DNA of 64,000 nt from Lama glama (taxonomy: Eukaryota). The notes beneath the pieces were generated by a model. It saw nothing but the letters and a program-made list of their open reading frames with translations. It made no database searches and was not told where the DNA came from. Both the position numbers and the translations under genes were made by a program. The stretch spans positions 47,680,001 through 47,744,000 of the forward strand of contig CM052816.1 of assembly GCA_028534125.1 (NCBI GenBank), read 5' to 3'. Shown here piece after piece: positions 25,405 to 36,900 of this stretch. Each line of letters opens with the position of its first letter. Position 1 is the first letter of the stretch.

Positions 25405-28400
25405 GATGTCTTTCCATGTATTTGGGCCTTCTTTAGTTTCTTTCAGTAATGTTTTGCAGTTTTCAGCATATGAATCTTTTACCTCCTTAGCTATTTTTTT
25501 CCAGGATATTTTATTCATTTGGATAGCATTGTAGATGGAATTATTTACTTCTTTTTCAGATTGCTAATTGTTGATGTATAGAAACACAATGATTTTTGTG
25601 AGTTGACCATTTACCCAGAAATTTTGCTGAATTTGTTTATGAGCTCTAGCAGCATTTTTGTGTGTGTGGCATTTTGGTATTTTCTATATACAGGACTTTA
25701 TCATCTGGAACTAGAAGTAGTATTACTTTTCCTTTCCAATTTGGATGTCTATTTCTCTTTCTTGCATAATTCCAGTACAGTGTTGAATATCAGTAGTAAA
25801 AGCAGGCATCCTTGTTGTATTCCTGATTTTAAAAGACAAGCCTTCATTCTTTCACCACTGAGCATGATGGTAGCTGTGGGTTTTCCATAAATGCTTTCTA
25901 TCATGAGAAGAAAGTGCCTTTCTAACTTTTGATTTAGTTTGCTCTTCTTTTTCTAGTTCCTTAAGGTGTGAAGTTAGATTATTGATTTTTGCTTATATTT
26001 TAAATGCACGCTTTGATTAGTTTCTTACAACAGTTCTGTTTTTCTTCTAGTTCTTTCTTTCCCTGTGGCTTCTGGATCCTCTTAAGTGAGTTAATATTTC
26101 TCTTTGACTACTCACTAGAGTTCAGACAGCCACGGGGGTACCTCAGGTAGTGTCGGTAATCTCAGTGGTCTCGAGCCCTGGGGACAAGCGGCAGAGCAGC
26201 CAGCAAGTCCCCAAGGCCCTGTCTGACAATGGAAGGAGGTCTCTCTGCTTCTAGACCCCTCAACTGCAAGGATTAGTCTTCTAGCCATTCTGTCTTAGGG
26301 TAGAGAGAACTCAACCAGTCTACCTGACAGATTTCCCTATAGCTTCTTAAATACTACGTAAATTAATAGATCCTCTAGAAAAACAGTCCCATGTATCTCC
26401 ATGAGCCATAATTAGTCTAAATATTCTCTCTGATTGTCGCTTTGGGCTTTTTGCAGCTGATCCACAAGCTGTTGTCCATTCCAGGAAGGAAACATTCAGG
26501 ATAGCCCTTTCCATCCACGCCTGGAAGCGCTCAAGGCTTCTAGGGTACTGTCTCCCTCACACCTCTGCCTACTAACCTAGCCACCGCTGACTCAGGAAAG
26601 GTTACCTGAACTGGAGTTAAGAACATGAGGCAACAGTCATGTGTTCCAGCCACCATTTTCCCAGTCACTTAAAAAAAAAAATGTACGTGTTGGTAAAATC
26701 ATCCTCAACCCTGAAGAACAGTTTTGTTAAGTCATACAGCCATCGTTTTTACATTGTAGTGCATCTTAGGGTTTTAAATGGGAAATATGATCAATATTCA
26801 GAAATTTTATATATGGATAAATTTTCAAGTATTCATCTCTACTTTATATAAATAATAATAATAATCACATTCCATAAGTAAATGAATATTAGTGTCATTT
26901 GTTTCTGGAAAACAATGAATTGAGTTTATTGCTATAGTCAAACTATTTTTTTCAACTGATGGGTAACCAAGCATACTACACTTTGGAAGACAAATTCCAA
27001 ATACAGAATAAGAAGGTACAAATTTCTTTAGTATCTCTCCATGTAAAATACAAAGCTTCACTTATTTATTTTCTGAAAATAAAGTCACAGAAAATAATTC
27101 AAGTGAACTTCACAATAAATTTATTAGTCACAAAAACCTACTCAAAGTCATCAGAACCAGTTACTGTAATTTGAACATATACTGTCTTGCAATCTTAATA
27201 ACCTTTATAAGCCAGTGGTTCTTAAATTACATTTTTTTCAGTCAGTAATAATAAGTGGTTTGTTGCAAGCCCTCCAGACTACTTTAAAGTTGTTACAAGA
27301 GTTATTGCACACACTTCCAAAAAATCTATCACAAAGTATATTTTTCCCTAAAAATATTTTTCTCCAGTTTTTGAAATTATGAACAGTGAGTTAATGTTCC
27401 AACTCTCTCTCTCTTGCAACCTACAATATTTTATTGATCATCCAACCACATCAAAATATAAAAGACATATTTCTCATAACTCATACACTTCATAGGAGCA
27501 ATAATTTCTGAATTATCTCAAATCATGCTTGCAAATATGTGTTAAACCCATAACAGTTTCACCATTTTGCTTACAGTAGTCTCAGAAGCCACTCATTTGT
27601 CACCACTCACCTAGCACAATTTTTCACCAGCTAAAGATAGATGAGGAAGTAGGAAGTTGCTACAGATAGTAGCGCATGCTTTATTTGTACTTTGCTGATC
27701 TGTCTTAAGGTTTTTAAATACTTGTTTTTATTGTCTTAGGATGTGCATCTTTTTACAAAGAAGAGAAATAAAACTATTCTGTAATTACACTAGTAACCCA
27801 CGACAAGAAATAAGTGGGGAATTTTGCTTGTATAGCTATACGATCCTCAGATCATCTGATTCTAAATTTTAAAATGAAAAGACACTATCAGCTATAACAT
27901 CTCTGTCTACATCTATACATAATAACTTTAAAAAAATACTAGTTTTAATTCCTATTGAATTGCTTGCTGATACTTATATTCTTCATGATTTTTCTCTATA
28001 AATCTACGTGCTGCTGTTCTTTGTTTATGACACTGTTAGGTAGTATATTACGATTTGGAAATGAAATTGTGGCTGAAAAATTCCAGTGTGCTGCCAGCCC
28101 CACATTTCATGGTGAACAAGGATTAGCTTAACGGCACCCATTCCAGACTCCACCCACAGCTTCTCTAAACCTGTGTCAGCTAATCAGCTCATATGTGCTC
28201 CTAGCACATGAATGATTTTATCTTTAATGACTCTAACATAAAGATAGTAATTATTTATTATGGGAATTTGGGGAAACAAAGAAAACGATAAAAAAAAAAA
28301 GAATGTATGACGTTCATCTGGAAGCTACCTCTACCTTTACATTTCAGTGTCTATTTCTTCATAAACATATGCATACAGGCCACCAAAATCAAGATCATAT

Positions 28401-31400
28401 TATCAACCTGACTTTGTAGGCTACTTTCTGTACTACATATATCTTACAAAACGTTTGAACATGCTGGTGCTTTGTGTATCCTTAAATTGGACTGCTGCGT
28501 AAGTATAGTAGTGACTGTACTAGCATCCCATGCCAGAGTAATAAGTCTGTTTCTTACACATGTGCAAATTGCACCTTGAATTTTGCTTGATTATTTTTAA
28601 TAATCTGTTTCTCTTCTAAGTCACTGGTAAGAATTAGTACACCAATACTTAAACTCATAAAAAATGGGGACTTTAAAAAGTGAAAGCCCTGTTTTTTAAT
28701 TATTAGACTCTGATTTTAAGAGAGTTAAGATTCTGTGAAGAAGCTGGCTTGGGCTACCATATAGGGAAGCTTGTTTTCCTTTCTTTTTCAAAGTCACACT
28801 TAGAAACGAAATTCTAAATGCTGAAACATATTGAAGACCTCAATAATACGTAAAAGTTTAAAAAGTACCAATCATAAGCAGATCATTTTTGTTTTGCCTC
28901 TAATTTACTCAAACACTTGCTTTTACAAAGGATATTTAGAAATTAACTATAAGCCCATTACAGAGCTGAGCTCCATGCTCAGGCATCCTCATGCCTAACT
29001 CAAAATTTTTGTTCATTTACTGCTGCCACTGCTGCTTCTACTCTTGTTGATAAAATTGGTAAGAAAATTATCTTGCTTTCTGCTTCCCTCTTTTGGTCCT
29101 CAATAGCTTGGGGAAGTTAAAGTATATTTGAGTTTTCTCCAAAATAGAGTTCTACAATATTGAATAATAAAACAGAATCTTTTAAGCCTTAGCTCTTGGT
29201 AGAATTATTGAAAAGACTTTAAAAATGGGGCTATACAAATTGAACTAGGTGTGCAATCTCGTGTGTCCAGGCCACAGACAAAGATTGTACAGTGGATAAC
29301 TCACATCCCCTTATTACTCTGGCCTAAATTTCTCTCCATTCTAGTACTCTAAATAACACCTTCTGTCCTTTGCCCTTTACTCTACAGATAATGTCAATTA
29401 CCACTGGTCTTTAAACATCCTTCATTCTCATTAACAACCTATATTCTTTATGATTCAATGTGTCTCCTATGGAGTATCAGTATATTCTTGGTTTTCAACT
29501 TATTACTGGTGGATATTAGGCAAAACACATAGGACCTGAGTGGTATTCCTGAGCCCCAGGTAGTGGGGTCCTTCAGCCTCTAAGTGTGGATTGGCTGGAA
29601 TTATCACCGGTCACCATCTGCAAGTCCTCAGCAGATGGGGCAACTAAAGACAATCACCTCCAAACTGCCAGTGACGATCTCATTTGCAGGCTTCTTCTCC
29701 ATCCTTGCTAATGATGAGAAGGCTAAACCAGTTGGCAAAGTGAAAACTGTTTCAATGGGGAAAGAGCATATATAAAGTTTTGTGAAGCTTCCGAGAGGTC
29801 AGCGTGATATATTACATCACATTTACTGTGATTCTGTTGTACAACATGAGGTCAGTAGGTTTCCTTGGACTCTGTAAATCAGACTGGTTAGTCTTTACTA
29901 GATGATCCCTGTGACTTCATAAAGGCCAAGGCTACATGAGTAGAGGGGTTCTCAACACTAGCAACATGACATTTATTCTTCTCATGTCTTAAATTTCTAT
30001 ATTTTTATATTAAGAATAAATGAGCTTATAACAATTCCTGCAGGCTAGTGTGTGGTCTGTCGCAACAGATTCAGGCAGTGGGGTGTGGAGGAAAGTGGAG
30101 ATGATGACAGAAGAAAAATATCATAGAGGGAGAAAAAGTGGCACCAAATAATGGTCAGAACTACATAAATACAAAATATCTCTGTATGTTCACTTCCTTG
30201 CACAATGTAGGACCCAAATAACTGATTTCCTGTAAAATGTTACATTCACTAGTTGAAATTCACTTCTCTGAGGTTTTGACGGTGAATTGTAAGCCCTGAA
30301 AATAGTTTGCCTCTGTTTCTCTTTCTTAGAAACTCTCTCAATGTAACAGTCTTGTTTTCTCACCCCACTCCAGCCTCCATCAGCATCTCCTTCTATAGGA
30401 ACCATCTTTTTGCATATAATCACCTACTGATATCATCACCGTCTCTTTTCATTTTGCACAAATCCAGTTCAAGCTCTTTAAAGATCCCAGATCTGTGCTG
30501 ATTAGAGTGGCCATCCTAAAGGTATCAGTAAATCAGGCTGCTGCTAAACCAGTGCTCTCAGTGTATTTGAAATGCCCTAGGATGCACAAGGGTATTGAAA
30601 AATATCAACCCTAGAGAACAGAATTTATCACCCCTGTCAAGTAACACTCACGCTGATGAATTCTGACATTCACCTCAATATAAGTCAGACTCCACTTATT
30701 ATTTAATTAGCCAATTCTGTGTAACTTTTGCCATTAAGTTTGATGACATATGCAGCCTCTCTCTTTTCTTGTATTATGGTGTAACCTAACATGAATTAAA
30801 GAGGAATTTAAAATTGAGAGTTCAGTCTTCAGATTCATATATTCTTTGACCTGTAGCTTGGCATCCTTTGGGTGATATGAGTTTCTCGGAGGAGCTAAAC
30901 CCTGTTGTAACATTATAAGGTCTGGTGGCATTTTTAAAATGCAAATTCTTGACATCAAATTGAGAATTATTTCTAGAGGGGGTAGCTTATGAGTACATAA
31001 TGGTGCATGTGATTTATCTGAAACACGATTGTTGTTACTTAAGTAGTCTTTGACTTGAGTATTTTTAAATTGAGAACTGAACCAGATCTCCTACATCTAT
31101 GGGAACAGTTTGGCTGTAGAGTTGAAAGTGCTTCTAATTCCACATCTTGCATAGTTGATGAAGTCGGATCTGTAAGTCTAAAGGGAAAGTGAGTAACCCT
31201 TCAAATCACCAGCCCCTTGCTCCTAAATCTTCCTTAACTAAAAAAGAAGAACCGAAAATCCTGGTGTCTAGAAATGTCTGCATGATACAATGTATAGCAG
31301 CTGTCTTGTTAAACTAATACCCTGCCCTGTATTACATTAACCTGATAGAAATGTCCCCTTCTTTTGTGGAATTTCTCCTTCCCCAACCCATCTGTGTGTT

Positions 31401-31593
31401 TCTAGTGGAAACTACCATTAGTGTACCACTTCCCTAGCTAAAAGTTGGCTGTATCCCTGACTCATACTGAGCCCAACATACTGCCCCGTCTCTGGGGCTA
31501 CAGTGATTGTTCCAACACCAAATTGATGACTTAAGCTGGACCAGAGGACTTCTCTGTAGGACCTCATTATAGATTGTCAGGATCTCCTATTGC

Positions 31594-31670
31594 TTTTTTT
31601 TTTTTAAGTTGAAATATAGTCAGTTACAATGTGTCACTATATATAAAAATAGATTTAAAAAATCAAATTA
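31594..31670 (-). mobile_element. Tiny 5'-inverted (twin-primed) L1 insertion
   Basis: T-run plus antisense L1 terminus ttgaaatatagtcagttacaatgtgtc joined to a sense 3'UTR piece actatatataaaaatagat; TSD ctcctattgc (31584-31593) / ctcctactgt (31671-31680). Confidence 0.75.
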
Positions 31671-31728
31671 CTCCTACTGTTTTTTGAGTTATGTAGATGA
31701 AAGTATTTTAGTCTGGAGTGGTCTAGAC

Positions 31729-31824
31729 CTGTGTTCTCAATCAGGTTTTATTTTTTCCTTTTTTGACGTGGCTACCAGAAAAATTAAATTATGTTTGTGC
31801 CTCTGTACATTTTGTCTTGGATAG
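31729..31824 (+). mobile_element. Internally deleted hAT-Charlie MITE (MER3/MER33-like)
   Basis: Preceded by a Charlie-type target gtctagac. Text ttttgacgtggctaccagaaaaattaaattat...ttggatag parallels the 3' part of the element at 48025-48348. Confidence 0.6.
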
Positions 31825-32175
31825 TACTAAGGTCTGAATGTTTGTGTTCCCCAACAATTCATATGTTGAAACCTATCCCCTGATGAGACGGTATTAAGAA
31901 GTGGGGCTTTTGAGAAGTGATGAGGTCATGAGCGAGATCAGTGTCCTTATAAAAGTAGCCTGAGAAATCTCCCTTGCCCATCCTGCTATGAGACGTTGTA
32001 GCTAGGATACTGCTGTTTGTGAAGCAAAGATAGGGCCTCACCACATAGAACCTAACCACACAGGCACCCCGATCTCAGACTTCCAGCCTCCAGAACTGTG
32101 AGAAATAGACTTCTGCTGTCTGTAAGTCGCTCAGTCTGTGCTATTTTGTTACAGCAGCCTGAATGGACTAAGACA
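31825..32175 (+). mobile_element. MaLR solo LTR, MLT1A-like
   Basis: Starts ...ggtctgaatgtttgtgttcccc...ttcatatgttgaaacc; contains gacttccagcctccagaactgtgagaaata; ends gcagcctgaatggactaagaCA. Confidence 0.9.
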
Positions 32176-32189
32176 CATTGTATCCCATT

Positions 32190-33890
32190 GATGAGCATTG
32201 ATCTATAGATTTAGTGCCATTCCAATCAGAACTCCCATAGGCTTTGGTTAAAAATTGACAGATGGATTATAAAATTCATATTGAAATGCAAAAAACCAAA
32301 AATAGCTCAAGTAATTTTTTAAAAAGAACGATGTTGAGGAACTTTGACATCAAGATGTATAAAGCCACAATAATCAAGACTGTTGTATTTGGCATAAGGG
32401 TATGCAAACAAATCAATTGAACAGAATAGGCTATAAAAATTGACTCATATTTTATAACCTTAGTTTTCAACAAGACATGAAAGTAATTCAATGAGGAAAG
32501 GATAGTCATGTCAACAAATGGTGTTAGTAAGCTGGAGGAAAAAATGAATCTTTATCCTCATCTAATGCAATACACAATAATAATTTGAAAGGAACCATAG
32601 TGCTAAATACGAACTCTAAAATTATAAAACTTCTGGAAGAAAGCATAGGAAAAAAATCTTTGCAACCTTAAGGTTGTTGAAAATTTCTTAGTTAGGACAA
32701 AAAAACATAAAAGACCAAAAATAAAAGATACATTGGACAATTGGACATTATCAACATTTAAACTTCCACTCAATGACAGACACAACTAAAAAAATAAAAT
32801 ACTAACCACAGAGAAAAAGTATATTTTTTTATTTTTATTTATTTTTTGTGGGGGAGGAGATCATTAGGTATATTTATTCACTTATTATTAGCTTTTTTAA
32901 AATGGAGGTACTGGGGATTGAACCCAGGACCTAGTGCATGCTAAACATATGCTCTACCACTTGAGCTATACCCTCCCCCCCCCGAAAAGATATTTATAAT
33001 AAATGCATCCAGCTAAGGACAAGATTCAGAATATATGAAAAACTCATAAAACTAAATAATTAGAATATAAACAGTTTAGTTAAAATCAGCCAGAGGTTTT
33101 AATAGAAATATCATAAAAGAAAATAGATGGTCAATAAGGAAATAAAAAGATGTCCTTAGTCCTAAGTGAAATGCAAAGTAAAACCACAGTGAGATACAGC
33201 ACAAACCCATTAGAACAGGTAAAATATTTTAATAGTACTAAGTATAAGCAAGAATATGGAATAAGAATTCTCATACATAGTTGGTAGGGATGTACAATGG
33301 TTCAAACACTTTGGAAAGCTCTCAGGCAATTTCTTATAAAGTTAAATGTCCATTTACCACCTGATCCAGCAACTCCATCCTTAGATATTTACCCAGAAGC
33401 AATAAAAGCAGGTCTACATAAAGATTTGTTTATGAAGTTTCATAAATTTATTCATAATAGCTCCATATTAGAACAAACCACTGTCCATCACCAGGTAAAT
33501 GAATAAACATTATGATATCCATACAATGGGATCCTACTTAGCAATCACAAGGACTGAACTTCTCATACACTTAACAACTGAATAAGTATCAAAAACATTC
33601 TGCAGAGTGAAAGACTTTGGATGCAAAACAGTATATACCTTTTGATTCATTTATATGAAACTCTTAAAAAAACTAATTTAATCCATAGTGCTAGTTCACT
33701 GGTTGCCTGGGGCTAGAGAGGAGGGAGGGACAAGATAGGGAAGAACACAGGGGAATCTTTTGGGGATGTTGGAAATGGCTACATCTTGATTGAGGTGGTT
33801 GCATGGGTGGATATATATGTCAAAACTCACTAAACTGTTCAATTAAAATGAATGCCTTTATTGTATGTAAATTATACTTCAATAAAATTA
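32190..33890 (+). mobile_element. Old L1 (L1MB-like) ORF2 3' end and 3'UTR
   Basis: ORF 33297-33506 (MVQTLWKALRQFLIKLNVHLPPDPATPSLDIYPE) is the ORF2 C-terminus; ends ttgtatgtaaattatacttcaataaaa. Confidence 0.9.
32827..32983 (-). mobile_element. tRNA-Ala-derived SINE, camelid vic-1 type
   Basis: Minus strand reads ggggagggTATAGCTCAAGTGGtagagcatatgtttagcatgcactaggtcctgGGTTCAATCCccagtacctcc (A and B boxes), then an A-rich tail. Degenerate TSD gaaaaagtatattt / gaaaagatattt. Confidence 0.9.
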
Positions 33891-33942
33891 GAGACTTTGA
33901 AATTGGGAGAACAAAAAAAAATCTTAAGTGGTATCGCCAGAC

Positions 33943-36900
33943 TTTTTTTTTTTTAACATTTTCTTTTATTTTATTGAAGTATAGTTGATTTACAGTATAA
34001 CAGTTTTAGGTGTACAACTTAGTGATTCAAAAATGTTACAGATCATACTCCATTTAAAGTTATTATAAAGTATTGGGTATAGTTTCTGTGCAGTACAATA
34101 TATCCTTGTAGTTTATTTATTTTATACATAGTAGTTTGTACCTCTTAATCTTCTCCATTATTGCCCCTCCTCCTCCTTCTCCCCACTGGTAATCACTCAT
34201 TTGTTCCTTATATCTATGAGTCTGTTTCTGTTTTGTTATATTCATTCGTTTGTTTTATTTTTCAGATTCCACATATAAGTGATAACATACAGTATTGTCT
34301 TTCTCGTCTGACTTATTTCACTTAACATAGTACCCTCCAAATTCATCCATGTTGTTGTAGATGGCAAAATTTCATTAACTTTATGGCTGAGTAGTAATTT
34401 ATATCTTTATATCTCACATCTTCTTTATGCATTCACCTGTTGGTTTGCATCCATTTCTTAGAAATTGTAAACAGTGCTGCTATGCACATTGGGGTGCACT
34501 ATCTTTTCAGATTAGTGTTTTGGGTTTTTTGGATATATATCCAGGAGCGGAATTGCTGGGTCATATGGTAGTTCCGTTTTTAGTTTTTTGAGTAACCTCC
34601 ATACCGTTTTCCGTAGTGGCTGCACCAATTTATATTTCCACCAACAGTGTACAAGGGTTCCCTCTTCACATCCTCGACAACATGTGTTGTTTGTGGTCTG
34701 TTTGATGATAGCAATTCTGACAGGTGTGAGGCGATATTTCATTGTGATTTTATTTACATTTCTCTGACAGTTGGTGATGTTTTGAATCTTTTCATATGCC
34801 AGTCTTCTGCCCATTTATTAATCAAATGGCTTATTTTTTGATAATGAATTGTATGAGCTGTTATATATATTTTGAATATTAACCCCTTATCAGTCATATC
34901 ATTTGCAAATATTTTCTCCCATTCAGTAGGCTGTCTTTTTTTTTATTGATGTTCCTTTGTTATGCAAAAGCTTTTAAGTTTAATGAGGTGCCATCAGTTT
35001 ATTTTTGTTTTTGTCTCCTTTACTTTAGGAAACATTAAAAAAAAACATATTGCTACAATTTATGTCATAGACTATTCTGCGTATGTTGTAGTCTAGGAAT
35101 TTGAAGGTTTTCAAGCATTACATTTAGGTCTTTAATACATTTTGAATTTATTTTTGTGCATGATCTGACAAAATGTTCCAATTTCATTCTTTCACGTGTA
35201 GCTCTCCAGTTTTCCCAGAATCACTTATTAAAGAGACTGTCATTTCCCCACTGTATATTCATCCCTTTCTTGTCATAGATTTACTGACCATAAGTGCATG
35301 AGTTTATTTCTGAACTGTCTACTCTGTTCCATTGGTCTACGTGTGTACTTTTGTGACAATATCATACTGTTCTGATGACCGTAGTTTGTAGTATAGTCTA
35401 AAGTCAAGGAGCATGATAGCTTCAGCTCTGTTCCTCTTTCTCAAGATCCCATTGCCTATTTAGAGTCTCTTGTGTTTCCATACAAATTTTAGAATTATTT
35501 GTTCTATTTCTGTGAAAAATGGCATTAGTATTTTTTAGGGATTGCGTTGAACCTGTAGATTGCCTTAGGTAGTATGGTCATTTTAACAACATTAAATCTT
35601 CCAGTACATGAACACAATATATCTTTCCATCTGTTTGTGTTATCTTAAATTTATTTCATCAGTGTCTCATAGTATTTTGAGTACAGGTTTTTTTTTTAAT
35701 CTCTTTAGATAGATTTATTCCTAGGTATTTTTTTCTTTTTGATGTGATGGGAAATGAGATTGTTTTCTTAAATTCTCTTTTTTTCTAGTTCATTGTTAGT
35801 GTATAAAAATGCAACAGATTTCTGTATGTTAATTGTGTAACCTGTGACCATACCAAAATCATTGATGAGCTCTCGTAGTTTTTTGATGCTGTCTTTAGCA
35901 TTTTCTATGTATGCTATCATGTCATCTGCATATAGTGATAGTTTTACTTTTTTCTTTCCAATTTAGATTTTTAAAATTTCTTTTTCTTGTTTGATCCCTG
36001 TGGCTAGGACTTCCAATGCTATGTTGTATTAAAGTGGTAAGAGTGGCCATCCTTGTCTTGGTCTGGATCTTAGAGGAAATGCTTTCAGCTTTTCACCACT
36101 GAGTATGATGTTAGCTGTAGGCCTATCGTATATGGACTTTATTATGTTGATATATGTCCCCTCTACACCTGGTTTGTCAAGGGCTTTTATCATAAATATA
36201 TATTGAATTTTATCAAATGATTTTTCTGCATCTGTTGAGATCATATGATTTTTATTCTTCAGCTTATTAATGTGGTATATCATGTTGATTGATTTCTGGA
36301 TATTGAAACATCCTTGCATCCTTTGGATAAATCCCACTTGATCATGATGTATGATCCTTTTAATATATTATTGAATTTGAATTGTAATATTTTGTTGAGT
36401 ATTTTGGCATCTATGTTCATCAGTGATATTGGCCTGTAATTTCATTTTTTGTGTGTGATTTTCTTTATCTAGTTTTGATATCAGGATGATGCTGGCCTCA
36501 TAAAATGAGTTCTTTTCATGAAATCTGAATGAAAGCCTTGCCAGGTAGAGTATTCTTGTTGTACATTTTTCCCTTTTATTGCTTTAAAAGTATCATTTCA
36601 TTCTCTCCTGGCCTGCAGATTCTCTGCTGAAAAGTCAGCTTATAGCCTTATGGGAGTTCCTTTGTGTATAATTTGTTGCTTTTCCCTTGCTGCTTTTAAT
36701 AGTCTCTCTTTAACTTTTGCCATTTTAATTACATACATTATATATATCTGCCTTGTACAGAGGCTACTGTCCGTCCACTGGTTGGCAAGACTGGATCATG
36801 AAGTGGCTGGCTATAGAATCCTGGGGCATCCCAGGGCTAGTGTTGTCTCACTGGTGGGCAGAACCAGGTTTTGAGGTGGGTGGTTGTGAGGCTAGGGTTC

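Larger units (their letters stand above)
24360..25990 (-). mobile_element. Old L1 ORF2 fragment (host of a nested L1 and a tandem duplication)
   Basis: Minus-strand ORF 25261-25518 (KEVKDSYAENCKTLLKETKEGPNTWKDI) is L1 ORF2; flanks are antisense ORF2 text. Confidence 0.9.

Noticed and set aside
29520..29950. Balanced-composition stretch that might be a processed pseudogene
   Set aside because: The frames I translated match nothing I recognise, and there is no poly(A) or TSD.
32903..32978. tRNA-Ala-like sequence as a tRNA gene
   Set aside because: It has an A-rich tail, a TSD and a mismatched acceptor stem, so it is a SINE.
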